A stretch of DNA of 64,000 nt from an uncultured Nitrososphaerales archaeon (lineage in GTDB: Archaea > Thermoproteota > Nitrososphaeria > Nitrososphaerales > Nitrososphaeraceae), in NCBI GenBank assembly GCA_963695855.1, contig CAVOHZ010000010.1, positions 1,696,001 through 1,760,000 of the forward strand, in the 5' to 3' direction. Under the pieces are notes generated by a model that was not told the origin of the DNA, searched no databases, and saw only the letters and a list, made by a program, of their open reading frames with translations. Both the position numbers and the translations under genes were made by a program. Of this stretch, positions 9,711 to 20,377 are shown piece by piece. Positions within the stretch are counted from its first letter, which is position 1. Each line of letters begins with the position of its first letter.

Positions 9711-12700
9711 TCACTCAATAAAGTCAAAAAGTGAAGATTGTGAATTTTTGACTATTTCTTTTTCTTTGAAAACATAGCCTAGCTCCATGACAAGTGACTC
9801 TATTCTGCTTGAAAGATAATCGCTCATTTTAAACCTTTTATTTATATCCAATGCGATATGAACATATTTTTCAACAGAATTTCTTGTTACAGTTTGTATT
9901 AGATTGTTTCCGCATCCTAGACATTTACCCATTAAAGGAATTCTTCTATACTTTTCTCCGCACTTAGTACATCTAAATGATTGTGATGAATATGAACGCA
10001 TATTCCCCATAATATCTGGTATTATATGAGTAGTTAAAACCATGGATACAACTTCGTCTGGATCTACAGCATTGATTATATTGGCAGTAGAAATTTGCAT
10101 TTCCAATTTTTCGTTCATTGTAGCTAATGTAGAATATGCACTATGTTGTATCTCAGTCGTCAATACATTAGTATAGTGAGTAAATGAATAATTATAGAAT
10201 TGTAATTCAGAATCAATCCTGTTTTTAATAATTTCTATTTCATTGACTAGACTTTCTGCCTTACTATGTTTAAATGATTTTTCGTATAATTGTAGTGGAT
10301 AATTTGATACAATATCAATATTTAGTGCTTGTCTTTGTACTTCATGGGGTAAAACTATTGGTTGAATTAATAATGGAGCATCCATTAATCCTCCTATCTT
10401 ATCCGAAAGGAATTCTTTTGAGAAGTTCAAACATACATCCATTAATAACATGATAGAATCAGCATCTCCATCACAATCTCTGCGTTTTGCAGAATGCCAT
10501 ATAGGTGATGCTAAACATACTTGCGAATTTGTGTATCCTATAATTCTACCAATAATACCTACAGAAGTATGGGGCGCCAAGCCCACTATGATATGTCCTA
10601 TCAAATCATCTACAGAGGATGCATTATAAAATGGAGAGAGTCCGTATAATTTTACAAGCTCGTTATCTATATATTTAGATACTTTAAGTAAATGTTTTGC
10701 AGTATCTAATGGTATAACAACATCTTGACTAAATATTTCAATCAACTGATCTTCAGAATTTAGATCTTTGCCAAGATGATCTCTTACATATCCTAATTCT
10801 TTTAACTTTCTTGGATTACTCAATATACACTTTGGAATAATATGAGTTAATGGTTCGTTGGTTGCATCATAACGTATTGTGCCATCTTTGAAGGCATAAA
10901 GATTGAATGCCTGTCTTAAAATCCCTTTTTCAATTGGCTCAGCGGATCTATTTTTACCCATTAAAAATTTTACTCCTTTCAATGGTTCTTTAGCTTGAAT
11001 TTGCAATTTTGTTTGTGCTTCTTCTAAAATTTTTCTGAGCGGGTATTTGACTGGGGAATATGTTTTCCCTTCTTTTCCACATTTACTGCATTTATTGTTG
11101 GAATTTTTATGGTCTTTGGAAGTTAAATGAGATATAGGTTCTCTACAGATTTTACAAAGGGTTTTTATTATTGTGTCAGAAAAACATATTCTGCATCTAG
11201 CACCAAGTGAAGGTCTTTTACATTTATCACAATAACGATTTGCAATTTCTGTATAGAGAATTTCTTCTTTTGATGCTTTAATAAGATCTCTAGTAGCTCC
11301 TCCTTTATTTCCAACTGGAAATAAAACATGAACTGGAGGTTTCATTTTCCTCTCTGCTGCCTTTTCTGGACGTCCTACTCGTACCGCAATGGATGAAGCA
11401 AATTTTTGTTTAACAGTTATCCCGGATATTTCAAATACATAATCATGTGTTGATATTTTAGTTGGTAATTGTTGTACATCTATATTGTTTTTATCTTGGT
11501 AAAGTAGTATATACAGAGAATTTACTTGATTCATATCATTCAGAACAATCAATTGTCCATCATTTTTCAATGAATGAACTACCCCTAATCGTTCAAGTAT
11601 ATCCTTTAATTTGCTTTGATAATCAAGTTCAGGTGATTTAAAGTGTTGAATTGCTTGGCCGGTATCAGCAGTGTTGAATCGTTTAACAAGTTCTTTTTGT
11701 AAGAGTAAAAGTTCATCTATCGATATTGACTCCCAATAAAATGAATATTTTGGATGAAGAGCAAGTTTCAAGGATTTACTAAGTTGAAATGCCTCTTTTA
11801 TTGTAGGAATTTCTTTAAAAGGATTATATGCTAGATCTATTAATCTCTGTTTGGTAGGTAACTTATTATTAAAAAGATTATCTTCATTTTCAAAGATTTT
11901 ATTCAATTGGGATTTTAATTCTAACGCCCATAACTCTTCTACATAAGAAGCTGGAAGTAATTTTGCATTATTTTCTAAAAAGTCACCATAACTAATTAGA
12001 ATATCGCCTAAATACAAAATTTTTTCTACTCTTTTTTGGAGTTCTAATGCTTGTTCTATTGTAGAAACATATGTAACAGTTCCATCATCTAGTTTAACCA
12101 ATGGAGGCTCCAATGAATCTACGAGGGCTATTGTAGATGCCTTTCCAGGCGTATCAATTTTAATCTGAGTTCCAACAACTACTGCATAATTTAATAAAAC
12201 TGGAATAACAGGGTGAATTCCAATGGTTGAAAAACCAGTATTATAACAACGACCATATCTCAATCTAAAGCCGCCAATCTTCTTTGACATTGACAACACA
12301 GGTCTTCCGGTTATTACTTCAGACATTCTGTGGTGCACTGTATCATCTTCAGTAACGCCCTCTTTTTGTATAGCTCCTTTTAGATCTTTTAGCCAATCCC
12401 ATCCTTCCAATTTTAAACTATCTATCAATTTTAATAATTTTCTACTTCTTCCTATCAGACCATCATTCATTACTCTGAGCGCTCCTCCTCGTACTCGATC
12501 TGTGTTTATTCTTTTCATACTTCTATGTCCAATTATTTCTACTGGATCGGTATCTACACCATCTAATTCAACTGGTAAATTGCCTATACATTTAATGACA
12601 TCTTCATCTAATGTTTTAAACTGAAAATTCCCAACTTCACGTTCATATATACGTAATTCTTCTACAAATCTTCCTGTTTCATCATCAAAGGAGTTTGCTT

Positions 12701-13265
12701 GATATTTTTCTAGACCTACTACTTTTCTAACATGATCGGCAATTAGCATCGTCAATGCTGCCTCTGTACCACCTGCTGATCTAATAGGTCCTGCAAATGA
12801 TACAGAAAGATATTGACTACGATCAGCATTCATTTTAATTTGAACATCGGCAATTCCTTGTATTGGTGCAACTGTTACTGCTTCAGTAACAATTGCAAGA
12901 CTTACACGTACAGCATTATCCAATCTAGTTCTGAGATCGTCAGTACTATATTCTCCTAGTACAATTTCTTCTGAAATCTTTAATGCAGCTTTTTCCTTTG
13001 TTGTTTGTGATAATAAGGTACGTAATCGTTCTGTGATATCAATATCGTGCATCTTTGCAACCCTGTCTGCCAAATCATAAACTATTTGTGATTCTATAGT
13101 TGTTGTTACATCTATTCCTTGATTACGAGCATGACCTGCTATATCATAAACATTATAGACTGATTCTAGAATAGATGTATGATAACTTTCATAAAATGAT
13201 GGTCTTTTTAACTTTTTTAATTCATGGATTGAGTTTTCATCTAAAAATGAAAAGATATTATTCAT
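9711..13265 (-). CDS. polC: DNA polymerase D large subunit DP2
   Basis: AGPIRSAGGT, GFRLRYGR, FKDGTIRYD, catalytic KRRDCDGDAD, C-terminal zinc fingers; no intein evident. Confidence 0.97.
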   Translation of the reverse strand: MNNIFSFLDENSIHELKKLKRPSFYESYHTSILESVYNVYDIAGHARNQGIDVTTTIESQIVYDLADRVAKMHDIDITERLRTLLSQTTKEKAALKISEEIVLGEYSTDDLRTRLDNAVRVSLAIVTEAVTVAPIQGIADVQIKMNADRSQYLSVSFAGPIRSAGGTEAALTMLIADHVRKVVGLEKYQANSFDDETGRFVEELRIYEREVGNFQFKTLDEDVIKCIGNLPVELDGVDTDPVEIIGHRSMKRINTDRVRGGALRVMNDGLIGRSRKLLKLIDSLKLEGWDWLKDLKGAIQKEGVTEDDTVHHRMSEVITGRPVLSMSKKIGGFRLRYGRCYNTGFSTIGIHPVIPVLLNYAVVVGTQIKIDTPGKASTIALVDSLEPPLVKLDDGTVTYVSTIEQALELQKRVEKILYLGDILISYGDFLENNAKLLPASYVEELWALELKSQLNKIFENEDNLFNNKLPTKQRLIDLAYNPFKEIPTIKEAFQLSKSLKLALHPKYSFYWESISIDELLLLQKELVKRFNTADTGQAIQHFKSPELDYQSKLKDILERLGVVHSLKNDGQLIVLNDMNQVNSLYILLYQDKNNIDVQQLPTKISTHDYVFEISGITVKQKFASSIAVRVGRPEKAAERKMKPPVHVLFPVGNKGGATRDLIKASKEEILYTEIANRYCDKCKRPSLGARCRICFSDTIIKTLCKICREPISHLTSKDHKNSNNKCSKCGKEGKTYSPVKYPLRKILEEAQTKLQIQAKEPLKGVKFLMGKNRSAEPIEKGILRQAFNLYAFKDGTIRYDATNEPLTHIIPKCILSNPRKLKELGYVRDHLGKDLNSEDQLIEIFSQDVVIPLDTAKHLLKVSKYIDNELVKLYGLSPFYNASSVDDLIGHIIVGLAPHTSVGIIGRIIGYTNSQVCLASPIWHSAKRRDCDGDADSIMLLMDVCLNFSKEFLSDKIGGLMDAPLLIQPIVLPHEVQRQALNIDIVSNYPLQLYEKSFKHSKAESLVNEIEIIKNRIDSELQFYNYSFTHYTNVLTTEIQHSAYSTLATMNEKLEMQISTANIINAVDPDEVVSMVLTTHIIPDIMGNMRSYSSQSFRCTKCGEKYRRIPLMGKCLGCGNNLIQTVTRNSVEKYVHIALDINKRFKMSDYLSSRIESLVMELGYVFKEKEIVKNSQSSLFDFIE

Positions 13266-13999
13266 TTTGTGATTGCTTGAATAATTTTGAATAATTTTTT
13301 CTCCCAGTTATCATCATCTTCAATCATTGTTCCAACTACTATAATATCAGCACCAGCATCTGCGATCTTTTTTGCAATTTCTGGACTCCGAATACCACCT
13401 CCTACTATTAGGATTCCTTCATAATATTTTTTAACTGCTGATACCATTTCAGGCGAGACATTCTGATTTGCACCTGAACCTGCTTCAAGATATAGAAATC
13501 TCATACCAAGATATTGAGCAGCTAGTGAGTACATGACAGCTAGATTTAGTTTATTGAATGGAATACCTTTAGCTTGCCCGATGAACCATGCAGTAGTTCC
13601 TTCTCCGATGATTAAATAACCTGTTGGTAGAGCTTCCAATCCAGATTTTTTGACCCCAATTGCACCTAATGCCTGTGCACCAGTTATAAAATAGGGATTT
13701 TCTGAATTCAAAAGTGACATGAACAATATTGCATCGGCATTTGGTGATATTCCTGTGATGTTACCAGGAAATAATATCACAGGAATTTTAATTGACGATT
13801 TTAATTTTGATATCACTTCAGATAATTCGATTTGATTACTAATTGATGAACCGCCAACTAGAATAGCTGAAGCGCCTAGTTCTTCAGCTTTTTTGGTAAT
13901 AGTTAGCGTATCAAGTGTATTTTCTGAATCGATCAAAGGAAAACAAAGGGTTCCCTTTTTTTTCTTTTCACTTAAAATATATTTTTCAATTTTATTCAA
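13262..13999 (-). CDS. Geranylgeranylglyceryl phosphate synthase (PcrB family); start moved to TTG at 13999
   Basis: LID, ILVGGS, ILFPG, FLYLEAGSGA, VGGGIRS, GADIIVVG; 4-bp overlap with DP2. Confidence 0.92.
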   Translation of the reverse strand: MNKIEKYILSEKKKKGTLCFPLIDSENTLDTLTITKKAEELGASAILVGGSSISNQIELSEVISKLKSSIKIPVILFPGNITGISPNADAILFMSLLNSENPYFITGAQALGAIGVKKSGLEALPTGYLIIGEGTTAWFIGQAKGIPFNKLNLAVMYSLAAQYLGMRFLYLEAGSGANQNVSPEMVSAVKKYYEGILIVGGGIRSPEIAKKIADAGADIIVVGTMIEDDDNWEKKLFKIIQAITK

Positions 14000-14196
14000 G
14001 ATTATAATGAGATCGTATAAAGATATTAGCTGGCGTAAAATATGTTTTCGGTTTGAAACTGCTAGAATGTGATAAAATAGTATTAACATGAGTAAATTGA
14101 AAGTACTGAATAAATAAAAGAATCATAAAATTGATATTTTTGATATTTTGATAGGAAATACTATTATGGATAAGCTAGTTTGTTTACTATACAGAT

Positions 14197-14580
14197 ATGT
14201 ATAGTACTAATAGTGATGATAGAAAGAAAAATTCTTATCTTTTTGATAAAATAATTGAGAAATCCTTATTTACAAATAGACAAATTTCAATAATTTATAA
14301 TAAATCAAGTGGCGGTAAAATCCATAAAAGAATCAGTTCAGGTGCATATTACCGCCAAATCAAACAGTGTAGAGCTAAAATTGAATCTTTACTATACAGT
14401 GTGTTGCTATTAAGATCGTTAAATATTATCGATAATAAAACAATGAATGTTATCGAATCTGTAGTTATCCAACTAAATTCACTGTCGAAAAATACCGAGA
14501 ATCACATCACATCAAGTAATATACCAAGTGATGTTATTGATGTGATTGACAAAATAATTAAAAAGTCAATATCAATATGA
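14197..14580 (+). CDS. Hypothetical protein, possible HTH-like DNA-binding fold
   Basis: SLFTNRQI...ISSGAYYRQIKQ pattern; 127-aa ORF divergent from GGGPS. Confidence 0.6.
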   Translation: MYSTNSDDRKKNSYLFDKIIEKSLFTNRQISIIYNKSSGGKIHKRISSGAYYRQIKQCRAKIESLLYSVLLLRSLNIIDNKTMNVIESVVIQLNSLSKNTENHITSSNIPSDVIDVIDKIIKKSISI

Positions 14581-14668
14581 CAGTTATGGTACATGTATCA
14601 CATAGCAAGAGTCCACACTTACATAATCACGTTAGCATTATATAATAGCGTGATATATGTGATATTAA

Positions 14669-15307
14669 TTGGAATTTGATATCTCTTTAATATTAGTCAT
14701 AGCAGTATTTTTTGTTGTTGGTTTCGTTATTTCTCTTTCTGTTAGAACACAGAAAAGAGAATTGACTATTGAGAAAGAAAAAAAAGACGAATTCAATCAT
14801 TACGATATTTTGGAGGCATTAGAAACACGTAAGCAGAATCAGATAGACTATCTTAATAATAAACTTGTGGATGTTTATACAAAACTTGAAAAAATAGAAT
14901 CACAAGTATTATTATTATCGCAATCTATTCTAAAAAACCAGTTTATTCTTGATAAGATAGAAGGGAAAAACCAAGATGTGATATATCACGATAAATCACA
15001 TGATCAAGATAGGCGGGAAAATTTATTCGATATCGCGGAAAATCAAAATTCCACAATCCAATATATTTTAAAACTTTTGTACAATGAACCAAAGACATCT
15101 AATGAGATAAAAAATGCAATTGGTAGAACCCGAGAGCACACATCAAGACTAATGAAAAAATTGTATGAAGTGAATCTTGTTGAAAGGGATGTTAAGCACA
15201 GACCATTTAGATATAGACTTACGGAAGCAGGAAATAAATATATTCATGAAGAGGATCATAGTGATACTAAAAATAATGAATCTGAGTCTCTTGTAAGAAA
15301 TAATTAA
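14669..15307 (+). CDS. Membrane-anchored coiled-coil winged-helix DNA-binding protein
   Basis: N-terminal TM helix (aa ~5-25), central heptad region, C-terminal wHTH (ILKLL...TSNEIKNAIGRTREHTSRLMKKLYEVNLV...YRLTEAG). Confidence 0.8.
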   Translation: MEFDISLILVIAVFFVVGFVISLSVRTQKRELTIEKEKKDEFNHYDILEALETRKQNQIDYLNNKLVDVYTKLEKIESQVLLLSQSILKNQFILDKIEGKNQDVIYHDKSHDQDRRENLFDIAENQNSTIQYILKLLYNEPKTSNEIKNAIGRTREHTSRLMKKLYEVNLVERDVKHRPFRYRLTEAGNKYIHEEDHSDTKNNESESLVRNN

Positions 15308-16350
15308 ATTTTTCATATAACATCATGAAGTTAATCTACTATACCAATAAATAATACGTTTAGCTAATTGAGAGTTATCAGATTTTAGCTAATAGCTATA
15401 AACAATATTACGGTTTTAGTAGACGGTCATATGTATCTGGTTATGCAATGCGTTAGTATTACTTTTGGTCATTTTATACAGCAACCTCTCTTTATGAAAT
15501 TGCTTGGCAGCAAGAGAAAAAATGGTTTATCATCATTATTTTTATGAATTTTGTATGAGTTTTGTTGTTTATATCTATTAGATCAGGTTCTATCAGTAGT
15601 TTTAATAAAATATTCTACGAATCGATCAAAGTCATACAAAAGCAGTACTAACCTATCATATTTTATTTCAAGATGTAATATGTGTGAGGATGTAATCCTG
15701 GACACTGTATTTATGCTATTTGTATTACAAAAGACAGAGATAACATAAATCTTCCAACTATTTCTCCTAATAAGATTGATTCAATCGTTACGTAAAATTT
15801 TATTATTTTATCTTGAAAACAAATTTGAGAATAACATACATTCAATGTTTTATCTAAAAAATACAGAGTAATCACCTGAATGTTTTGGACAAAGGCTTGG
15901 TAGCTATGGTAAAGGTGATAGAGGGGTAGCGTTTTGATATATATACGGTTTTTAATTGGTGTTTGATGGAAAATATAGCTGAAAATGAGCAGATATAAAC
16001 AAAACCTATTTTATCGGACATAACAGCAAAATAACCCTATAATGATAATGATACCATTTTTTCTATTGTTGCGCAAAGTCAAATGCTATTATTGAAGAAT
16101 CTCGTTTAGAATACACTTCTGAAATAGTACTATGGACAGTATTGTTCTATCAGATTCTGGTACATTATAGCTGTAAACAAAGAAATTAACAATCCTCGTA
16201 TAGCATAACACCATGTTGACCGAATTATGACCTTTGCACAAATTAGTTAACAAGATTTTGATATATTATTTTATGAATAAAAACACGTTCAAATTTACTT
16301 TTGTTAATAATATGTTAATTATTAAAAAAATAAAAATACCGTTTACTTCA

Positions 16351-16686
16351 GTCTCCAGTGGAAATAAAGGGGTTGAAAATAGAGCATTAACTAAATTAAC
16401 ATAAATTCAACTTTCCAGTGGAAATAAAGGGGTTGAAAATACAATTTCTTAATTTAATAATGAATATCTGTGATCTTTGTTAATAAAAAGTTTAATGCGG
16501 GACTTTTGGTTGTCTCCCCCTACATTTCTATTCCACAATATAATAAAAAATAAGATTAATAAAACTATATTTGTTTAATAAATTTGTTAATATTATTAGA
16601 TTTAGGGGTTTAAATTTATTTGTTAATAACAAGTTATCAGCAATATACAATATGTTAAAATAATTTCGAAAAGAAAAACAGGGGTG
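16351..16686. promoter_or_regulatory. Chromosomal replication origin (ORB boxes flanking an AT-rich unwinding element)
   Basis: TCCAGTGGAAATAAAGGGGTTGAAAATA at 16354 and 16414 (60 bp apart), AT-rich 16441-16495, inverted degenerate ORB CCCCCTACATTTCTATTCCA at 16516-16535, ORB-like GAAAAACAGGGGT just upstream of cdc6. Confidence 0.88.
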
Positions 16687-16717
16687 TGAGTTATATTTTA
16701 AATGGTGAGAAAATATA

Positions 16718-17941
16718 TTGAGTGACGATTTACTTAATAATATATTTGATGATGCAGTAAAAGGTAAATCATTAATTAAAAATCGTAAAATTCTGACAAT
16801 AGATTATGTACCTGAAAAACTTCAGTTTCGTGATGAAGAAACGATGACTATTGCACAAACATTATCAGTAGCTCTGAAGGGTTCTAGACCATCAAATCTA
16901 TTATTATTTGGAAAACCGGGTACGGGAAAGACTGCTGTTATAAAAAATGTTATTAAAAAATTCACGCAAAAATCATCCTCTCTCGGAATTGAAGTTATAG
17001 TACCATTTGTTAATGCGAAACTAGCAAATACTGCATACAAGGTATTATATGAAATTGCTGAAGAGATGAGTATTAACCAGATCGAAAAAAGAAACCAAGT
17101 TTATTTTACTGGTTTGTCTTTAGGTGAAGCAACTAATAGAATTCTTGATTTCATCCAAAAAAGAAAATTACATGTCATTTTTGTTATCGATGAAATTGAT
17201 TCACTAGTTGATAAAAATGGAGATGATATTCTTTATAATTTTACCAGGGCAAATGAACAGTTTCAAGATTCTGGATTTATTACATTAATCGGAATTTCAA
17301 ACAGTCTTACATTCAAAGATAAATTAGATCCTCGTGTGCGTAGCAGTTTAAGTGAAGAAGAAATTGTATTCAATCCATATAAAATTATTCAGCTGCAAAA
17401 AATACTATCAGAGAGAGTCAAGTTAGCGTTTTCTGATGATGTTGTCACAGATGGAGCTATAAATCTCTGTGCAGCTATTGCAGGAAAAGATAATGGTGAT
17501 GCTAGAAAAGCGATAGATTTACTTAGGGTAGCAGCAGAAATAGCAGAACGAGAAAAAGATTCTAAAATTGATGAAAAATATATTCGGTTGGCTCAAAATA
17601 AAATAGAGAAAGACACAAATTTCGAAGTGATAAAAAATTCAACTACTCATACAAAAATAGTTCTACTGGCAATTACTAAATCCAAAAATGGAAATACTGG
17701 TGAAGTTTATGAGATATATTCTAACTATTGTAAAACAATTGATAACGAGCCTCTCAGTCAACGTAGGATAACTCAAATTATAAGTGAACTTGATCAATTA
17801 GGATTAATCAATACTAATATATTGAATCAAGGTAGATACGGTCGTTCACAGAAAATAAAAATTTCTATTTCTACAGATGCATTAAAAGAAGCCCTAAAAG
17901 AAGATCCATTATTTCTTACATTGATCCATGTTCTTGATTAA
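16718..17941 (+). CDS. cdc6: Orc1/Cdc6 replication initiator
   Basis: Walker A GKPGTGKT, Walker B IDEID, LDPRVRSSL, GDARKAIDLLR, C-terminal wH domain. Confidence 0.96.
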   Translation: MSDDLLNNIFDDAVKGKSLIKNRKILTIDYVPEKLQFRDEETMTIAQTLSVALKGSRPSNLLLFGKPGTGKTAVIKNVIKKFTQKSSSLGIEVIVPFVNAKLANTAYKVLYEIAEEMSINQIEKRNQVYFTGLSLGEATNRILDFIQKRKLHVIFVIDEIDSLVDKNGDDILYNFTRANEQFQDSGFITLIGISNSLTFKDKLDPRVRSSLSEEEIVFNPYKIIQLQKILSERVKLAFSDDVVTDGAINLCAAIAGKDNGDARKAIDLLRVAAEIAEREKDSKIDEKYIRLAQNKIEKDTNFEVIKNSTTHTKIVLLAITKSKNGNTGEVYEIYSNYCKTIDNEPLSQRRITQIISELDQLGLINTNILNQGRYGRSQKIKISISTDALKEALKEDPLFLTLIHVLD

Positions 17942-19568
17942 AATTGATCTGAAAAGGACGAAGAGTAGCAAGATTAACTAAAATTGCGATCCCACATGTA
18001 GGCATTATTCCCATAGTTTGTTGAAAAGGAGTTTGATCCTGCCATGTACCAGAATTAATGATTAATGTACCACGATAATTTTGTACATCCATAACATGAA
18101 CATGTCCTGAATGAAATACATCAGGTACCTCATTTATTACCATCATATCTTCTAATTCAGGAGCAATTGGTGTTCTTTGTCCATAAATTGGAGATAAATG
18201 TCTTGCTTTTAATAATATTTTCATTGCCTCCGCAGGATTTGCGTAGCTTAAACCAGGTATTGTAGCAATGATATCATCTAATCCCTGTCCATGATACATT
18301 AAAATTTTAACTCCCTCAAGTTCAATAAAACTAGGATTCCCCAGCATCGTAAAATTTTCAAATGAATACAATCTTGGACAATCGTTTTTAGGAACTGCAG
18401 GTTGTGGTAACGCTCTTCTTCCAAGATCATGGTTTCCAGGAATAATAAAAACTTGAATTCTCTTAGGAATTTGTTCTAATAATTTTGTTAAGTGACTCAT
18501 TTGTTTAAATGTATTACTATACTTTAATTCTTTGTCTTGATTGGGAAATATTCCTACACCATCTATTAAATCACCACCAATACATAAAAATTTTATTTTA
18601 GATACTATTTCATCATCAGATGAATTCAGCCATTTTAAAAAACGTAAAAAATCTGTTTCTTTGAAATACTTACTTCCAACATGAAGATCTGAAATTAAAA
18701 CAGCATATGATTCTCTTTTTCCTTTATTTGGGATGTGATCTGGGATATCTGGAGAAACAACATTTTTTATAATATGATTATTTCCCTTGTTTTCAATTTC
18801 TACCATCACCATTTGATCAAGGGTCAATTTAGAAACAAGTTTTATTGTCTCATCAGTTACTGCTAATGTATTAATAATTCCAGTTTGATCGTCTATTGTT
18901 AATTCTGTGCTATTTCTTTTCGATCTCTTTGACATTACCAAACCTGCAATAACTGAAGAATATCCACCCAAAGAGGCATTATTATTTTCTATTTTTTTAT
19001 CATTATATTCTGTGTTTAAATTATTATTTTGTTTTTTTTGATTATTACTTTTTTTTACAAACGCTATCTTATTAATACGTTTACTATCTGGTCTGGTTGA
19101 TAAAATTTTTAACGATTTGATAAAACGACTTTTAAAAAGTGAAGTGTAACCGTTTATTCCTTCACCTGAGTTAATATAGTCAGTAGAATCAAAAATTATT
19201 TTATAGGAATCCTTTAAATCAATATTTTCAGTTGTTGAATTTATAGATTGATATACTGATGAGCTAGAAACCACATGGCGAGTATGAAATTTTTCTATAA
19301 TCTCTTGATCATTTTTTACCAAATTATTCTGACCAACAGCGATACAAAAAATTCTGATATCATCTGTACCAATAATAGTATTACTATCATTTTTTTTCTT
19401 GTAATTTACAACTTGTTGAATAACATTCATTTTATTTGAATCAATATCTTTTAAAAGCGTAAATGCATCAGGATGTATTTGGTAGCCATTAGCAGTAATA
19501 AATGATAATACATTTGAAATTTCTTTTTGTAAAGACAATTGTAAGAACTTAGGATGTACCAAACTCAT
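17916..19568 (-). CDS. polB: DNA polymerase D small subunit DP1 (proofreading exonuclease)
   Basis: Calcineurin-like motifs ISDLHVGS, GDLIDG, PGNHD, YHG, HSGHVH, NSGTWQ; OB fold. Confidence 0.95.
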   Translation of the reverse strand: MSLVHPKFLQLSLQKEISNVLSFITANGYQIHPDAFTLLKDIDSNKMNVIQQVVNYKKKNDSNTIIGTDDIRIFCIAVGQNNLVKNDQEIIEKFHTRHVVSSSSVYQSINSTTENIDLKDSYKIIFDSTDYINSGEGINGYTSLFKSRFIKSLKILSTRPDSKRINKIAFVKKSNNQKKQNNNLNTEYNDKKIENNNASLGGYSSVIAGLVMSKRSKRNSTELTIDDQTGIINTLAVTDETIKLVSKLTLDQMVMVEIENKGNNHIIKNVVSPDIPDHIPNKGKRESYAVLISDLHVGSKYFKETDFLRFLKWLNSSDDEIVSKIKFLCIGGDLIDGVGIFPNQDKELKYSNTFKQMSHLTKLLEQIPKRIQVFIIPGNHDLGRRALPQPAVPKNDCPRLYSFENFTMLGNPSFIELEGVKILMYHGQGLDDIIATIPGLSYANPAEAMKILLKARHLSPIYGQRTPIAPELEDMMVINEVPDVFHSGHVHVMDVQNYRGTLIINSGTWQDQTPFQQTMGIMPTCGIAILVNLATLRPFQINFNQEHGSM

Positions 19569-19634
19569 TTAATTATATTTCTATTTTTTAACAAAAAAGT
19601 ATTATTACCATAAAAATTTCTTCATAGATAGTCA

Positions 19635-20153
19635 TTGAAACAACGTCTATTTTATCTTGTGATTGGAATGATAGTTTTTCTTATTTCATATACTTCTGGT
19701 GCCTACTCAGATATTGGTTCAGAACAATCTAAAATATTAAAAGAACAATTTGAATCAAAAATACAAGGCATTGATGAATTTGGAATATTTTTCAATAATG
19801 TAGTCATAGCCTTGGGCATGTTTATTCCTGCACTTGGAATAGGGCTTGGAATATTCTCTGGTTTTGGTACTGGACTGGTTTTTAGTGCATTAGCAGAGAG
19901 TAATGTAGCATTACAAAATATTTCGCCTCTTTCGATACTTCTTACACCATTTGGTATCTTGGAAATATTTTCATATGGATTGGCTATATCTAGAAGCGGA
20001 ATGATAATTCACGATTACTTTATAAAAAAAATTTCATGGAAAAAATTTCTTAAGCCAACTATAATAGAGATTATAATCGTTGTATCTCTTTTAATAATAG
20101 GTGCTTTTATAGAATGGAATATGATCAAACAATTTACAGAAACTCCAATTTAG
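19635..20153 (+). CDS. SpoIIM/DUF95-family membrane protein
   Basis: IFFNN, TPFGILE, IGAFIEW; four TM segments. Confidence 0.8.
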   Translation: MKQRLFYLVIGMIVFLISYTSGAYSDIGSEQSKILKEQFESKIQGIDEFGIFFNNVVIALGMFIPALGIGLGIFSGFGTGLVFSALAESNVALQNISPLSILLTPFGILEIFSYGLAISRSGMIIHDYFIKKISWKKFLKPTIIEIIIVVSLLIIGAFIEWNMIKQFTETPI

Positions 20154-20377
20154 ATGTGATCCACTTATTGTAGAAAGAATTAAATAAATTATTAAAAATA
20201 TCATATTAATTTATAGAATATGTAAGATCTTAGATATATTCAGAATTTATTTCTAAAATTATAGATAAACAATTAAAAATATATAACTACTTTTTTATTA
20301 CTGTAATTAGTAAATCAAATAACCAGTCAAAAACATCTTTTAAAATAGCTATTTTCAATCTTACACATTTTTATTAA

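Noticed and set aside
15551-15748. 65-aa ORF in the origin region
   Set aside because: Short, TTG start, no motif; likely a chance ORF
16351-16441. 28-bp direct repeats with a 32-bp gap as CRISPR repeat-spacer
   Set aside because: The sequence matches the ORB consensus and lies directly upstream of cdc6
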